Shown: piece by piece, positions 23,928-26,567 of the stretch
Layout: every line of letters begins with the position of its first letter
How positions within the stretch are numbered: position 1 is the stretch's first letter
From: Paraspadella gotoi
Taxonomy: Eukaryota > Animalia > Chaetognatha
NCBI GenBank assembly: GCA_051294375.1
Contig: CM119263.1
Location: forward strand, 29,754,555 to 29,781,121
Direction: 5' to 3'
DNA: 26,567 bases
Program-made: the position numbers and the translations under genes
The notes under the pieces: generated by a model
Seen by the model: the letters and a program-made list of their open reading frames with translations, nothing else
Database searches by the model: none
Told to the model about the DNA's origin: nothing

Positions 23928-24178
23928 CTCTCTTCTTTTATTTTCCTTATTTTTATTTCTTATTTATTCTAATGCTTCTATCCCGACTTTTTATTCTTCT
24001 ATTTTATTCCTTTTTTTTTCCCGATTTTATCCATCGTCGGTTTCTTCATTTGTTCTTGTTGTTGTTGTTTTTTTATTTTACTCGCGCGCCATCTCGATTA
24101 TTTTATCGTCGTCGAGACATCGTAGTCGTCGTCGTTGTCAAAGTGTCATCATGGTCATCGTAGCGCCATCTTCTTTTC

Positions 24179-24377
24179 CCGCCGTAATGTCATTTTCGGA
24201 ATTACGATTTGGACTACAACAAAAACATCATATCATATTCTCATTTATCATTATCATATCATTATCATTATCATATATATCATCATCGTCGTCGTCGTCG
24301 TCGTCATTATATCATCATGTCTTCGTCGTCTTCATCATTATCATCATCATCATCATCATCATCATCATATCATCATC

Positions 24378-24413
<36 letters not shown>

Positions 24414-24461
24414 TTTTTGTTGTAGTCCAAATCGTAATTCCGAAAATGACGATTACGGCGG
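24179..24461. repeat. Fold-back centred on an (ATC)n/(ATG)n switch
   Basis: gtcattttcggaattacgatttggactacaacaaaaacatcat is mirrored by atgatgtttttgttgtagtccaaatcgtaattccgaaaatgac. It ends at the 677-N gap. Confidence 0.9.
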
Positions 24462-25173
24462 NNNNNNNNNNNNNNNNNNNNNNNNNNNNNNNNNNNNNNN
24501 NNNNNNNNNNNNNNNNNNNNNNNNNNNNNNNNNNNNNNNNNNNNNNNNNNNNNNNNNNNNNNNNNNNNNNNNNNNNNNNNNNNNNNNNNNNNNNNNNNNN
24601 NNNNNNNNNNNNNNNNNNNNNNNNNNNNNNNNNNNNNNNNNNNNNNNNNNNNNNNNNNNNNNNNNNNNNNNNNNNNNNNNNNNNNNNNNNNNNNNNNNNN
24701 NNNNNNNNNNNNNNNNNNNNNNNNNNNNNNNNNNNNNNNNNNNNNNNNNNNNNNNNNNNNNNNNNNNNNNNNNNNNNNNNNNNNNNNNNNNNNNNNNNNN
24801 NNNNNNNNNNNNNNNNNNNNNNNNNNNNNNNNNNNNNNNNNNNNNNNNNNNNNNNNNNNNNNNNNNNNNNNNNNNNNNNNNNNNNNNNNNNNNNNNNNNN
24901 NNNNNNNNNNNNNNNNNNNNNNNNNNNNNNNNNNNNNNNNNNNNNNNNNNNNNNNNNNNNNNNNNNNNNNNNNNNNNNNNNNNNNNNNNNNNNNNNNNNN
25001 NNNNNNNNNNNNNNNNNNNNNNNNNNNNNNNNNNNNNNNNNNNNNNNNNNNNNNNNNNNNNNNNNNNNNNNNNNNNNNNNNNNNNNNNNNNNNNNNNNNN
25101 NNNNNNNNNNNNNNNNNNNNNNNNNNNNNNNNNNNNNNGAGAGAGAGAGAGAAAGAAAGAGAAAGAAAGAGAG

Positions 25174-25795
25174 AGTGGGTGAAAAGAAAGGGAGTGAAAT
25201 AATATCGTAATTCCATTGTTTTTCCAGTATAGCATTGTCAGCACACAATAAACAAAGCGTTAACAATTCTTTCTCGGACATAAAGAACCAAATTAGGATT
25301 TTGTATTTTCTTTCGAGCGAAATTTTTCTCTGGTCTTACAACATCAGTCCTTCTTTCTTCCCAAACTAACTTACCCCAACCAGCTCCACCTGCCTCACCC
25401 TCCAAACTCAAACGCTCTCCCCCCCCNNNNNNNNNNNNNNNNNNNNNNNNNAGTAACTTATAAAAAGTGGTGGAACAGAAATGGTGGGACAGAAAGGGGA
25501 GCGAGTGAGGGGACGGGGGTTAGGGGGAGAGCGTTTGAGTATTTGGGAGGGTGAAGTTGAGGTGGAGCTGGTTGGGGTAAGTTACTGTGTTTTGGTGAAG
25601 AAAGAAGGACTGATGTTTGTAAGACCAGAGAAAAATTTCGCTCGAAAGAAATTATACAAAGATCCTAATTTTGGGTTCATTTATGGTCCGAGATAAAGAA
25701 ATTGTTAATCGCTTTGTTTATTGTGTGCTGAATGCTGATACTGAAAAAACAATGGAATTACGATATTATTTTCACTCGACTTTCTTTTCACCCAC
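25174..25795. repeat. Inverted duplication of ~250-270 bp (25174-25426 / 25523-25795) across the gap at 25427-25451
   Basis: tttcgagcgaaatttttctctggtcttaca vs tgtaagaccagagaaaaatttcgctcgaaa, and aataatatcgtaattccattg vs caatggaattacgatattatt. Confidence 0.92.
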
Positions 25796-26328
25796 GTCTC
25801 TCTTTCTTTACTCCTGCTTTATCTTTTCTCTCATTCTCTGCTTCTCGTTTCATTTCTGTTTTCTTCTTTCTTTTTAGTCATTGATGGGTTGGTTGATGTC
25901 TTTCCCCATTTTCATTTTCGTTTGTACTTTCTTCCTCTCATCTGCTCTCTTGCTCGATCTCTCGGTCATCTCTGCTCTCTCTCTCGTCTCTGTTCTGTTC
26001 TCTCTCGAGTTTATCTTGTCTCATTTCTTTCATCTGCTCTCATCATCTCTCTCTCATCGTCTCTCTTGCTCTCTCTCTCTCATCTACCGTCGCTCAGTCA
26101 TCTCATTTCTTCTCCTCTTTCTTTTCTCTCGGCGTTCTCTTTATTTCTCTCTTCTGCTTCGTCATCTCTTTCTGCACTCTCGTTCTCTCTCTCTCCTCCT
26201 CTCTCTCTCATCTCTCTCTACTACTCCCCTTTTCTGTCTCACCCTTTTCTGTCCCGCATGAAAATCCTTCCCAAGGAATTGAGATGACGCCACTAATTAG
26301 CAAATTCTACGTGGAGGAAAAAAAAGAC

Positions 26329-26360
<32 letters not shown>

Positions 26361-26567
26361 CCCTGACAACAACGATGACATTAATGACATTGATGACAAC
26401 GACACTGACAACAACGATGACATTAATGACATTGATTCCAATCACGTTATGATTCGAATTTTTGTTTCTCATCGCTAATTCACGTTTTCTTTTTCTTCCT
26501 TCCTCCCTCCCTTGTCTTACACTTTGTTTCCTCTCTTTCCTTTTCCTTCTCCCCTCCCTTTTCTTAC

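Larger units (their letters stand above)
1..26567. other. Assembly gaps: 25-N at 1620, 4055, 10020, 12209, 13355, 23723 and 25427; 677-N at 24462-25138
   Basis: Counted directly from the sequence. Confidence 0.98.

Noticed and set aside
23590-25281. 260-333 aa ORFs
   Set aside because: They run through N-gaps and microsatellites and are artefacts.

Overview
Eukaryotic (animal-like) draft-assembly DNA. It is AT-rich, dense in microsatellites, and broken by seven exactly-25-N gaps plus one 677-N gap. Two things are well supported. (1) A plus-strand Bel/Pao LTR retrotransposon lies at ~13.7-21.2 kb. Its Gag zinc-knuckle, protease, RT, RNase H and integrase motifs occur in the right order but are broken by very frequent 1-3 nt deletions. 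A candidate 5' LTR is present, no 3' LTR is visible, and an unexplained run of short introns plus a 173-codon ORF follows pol. (2) Two phase-compatible exons (7122-7228, 8052-8176) encode part of an extracellular-type leucine-rich-repeat protein that the ORF track does not join. Much of the rest is low-complexity sequence, minisatellites, and direct or inverted duplications that abut the N-gaps and differ mainly by indels, so they are most likely long-read gap-filling artefacts. I see no prokaryotic-type system (no CRISPR, no operon) and cannot claim a new biological system. The best lead is a possible spliced accessory gene at the 3' end of the Pao element.
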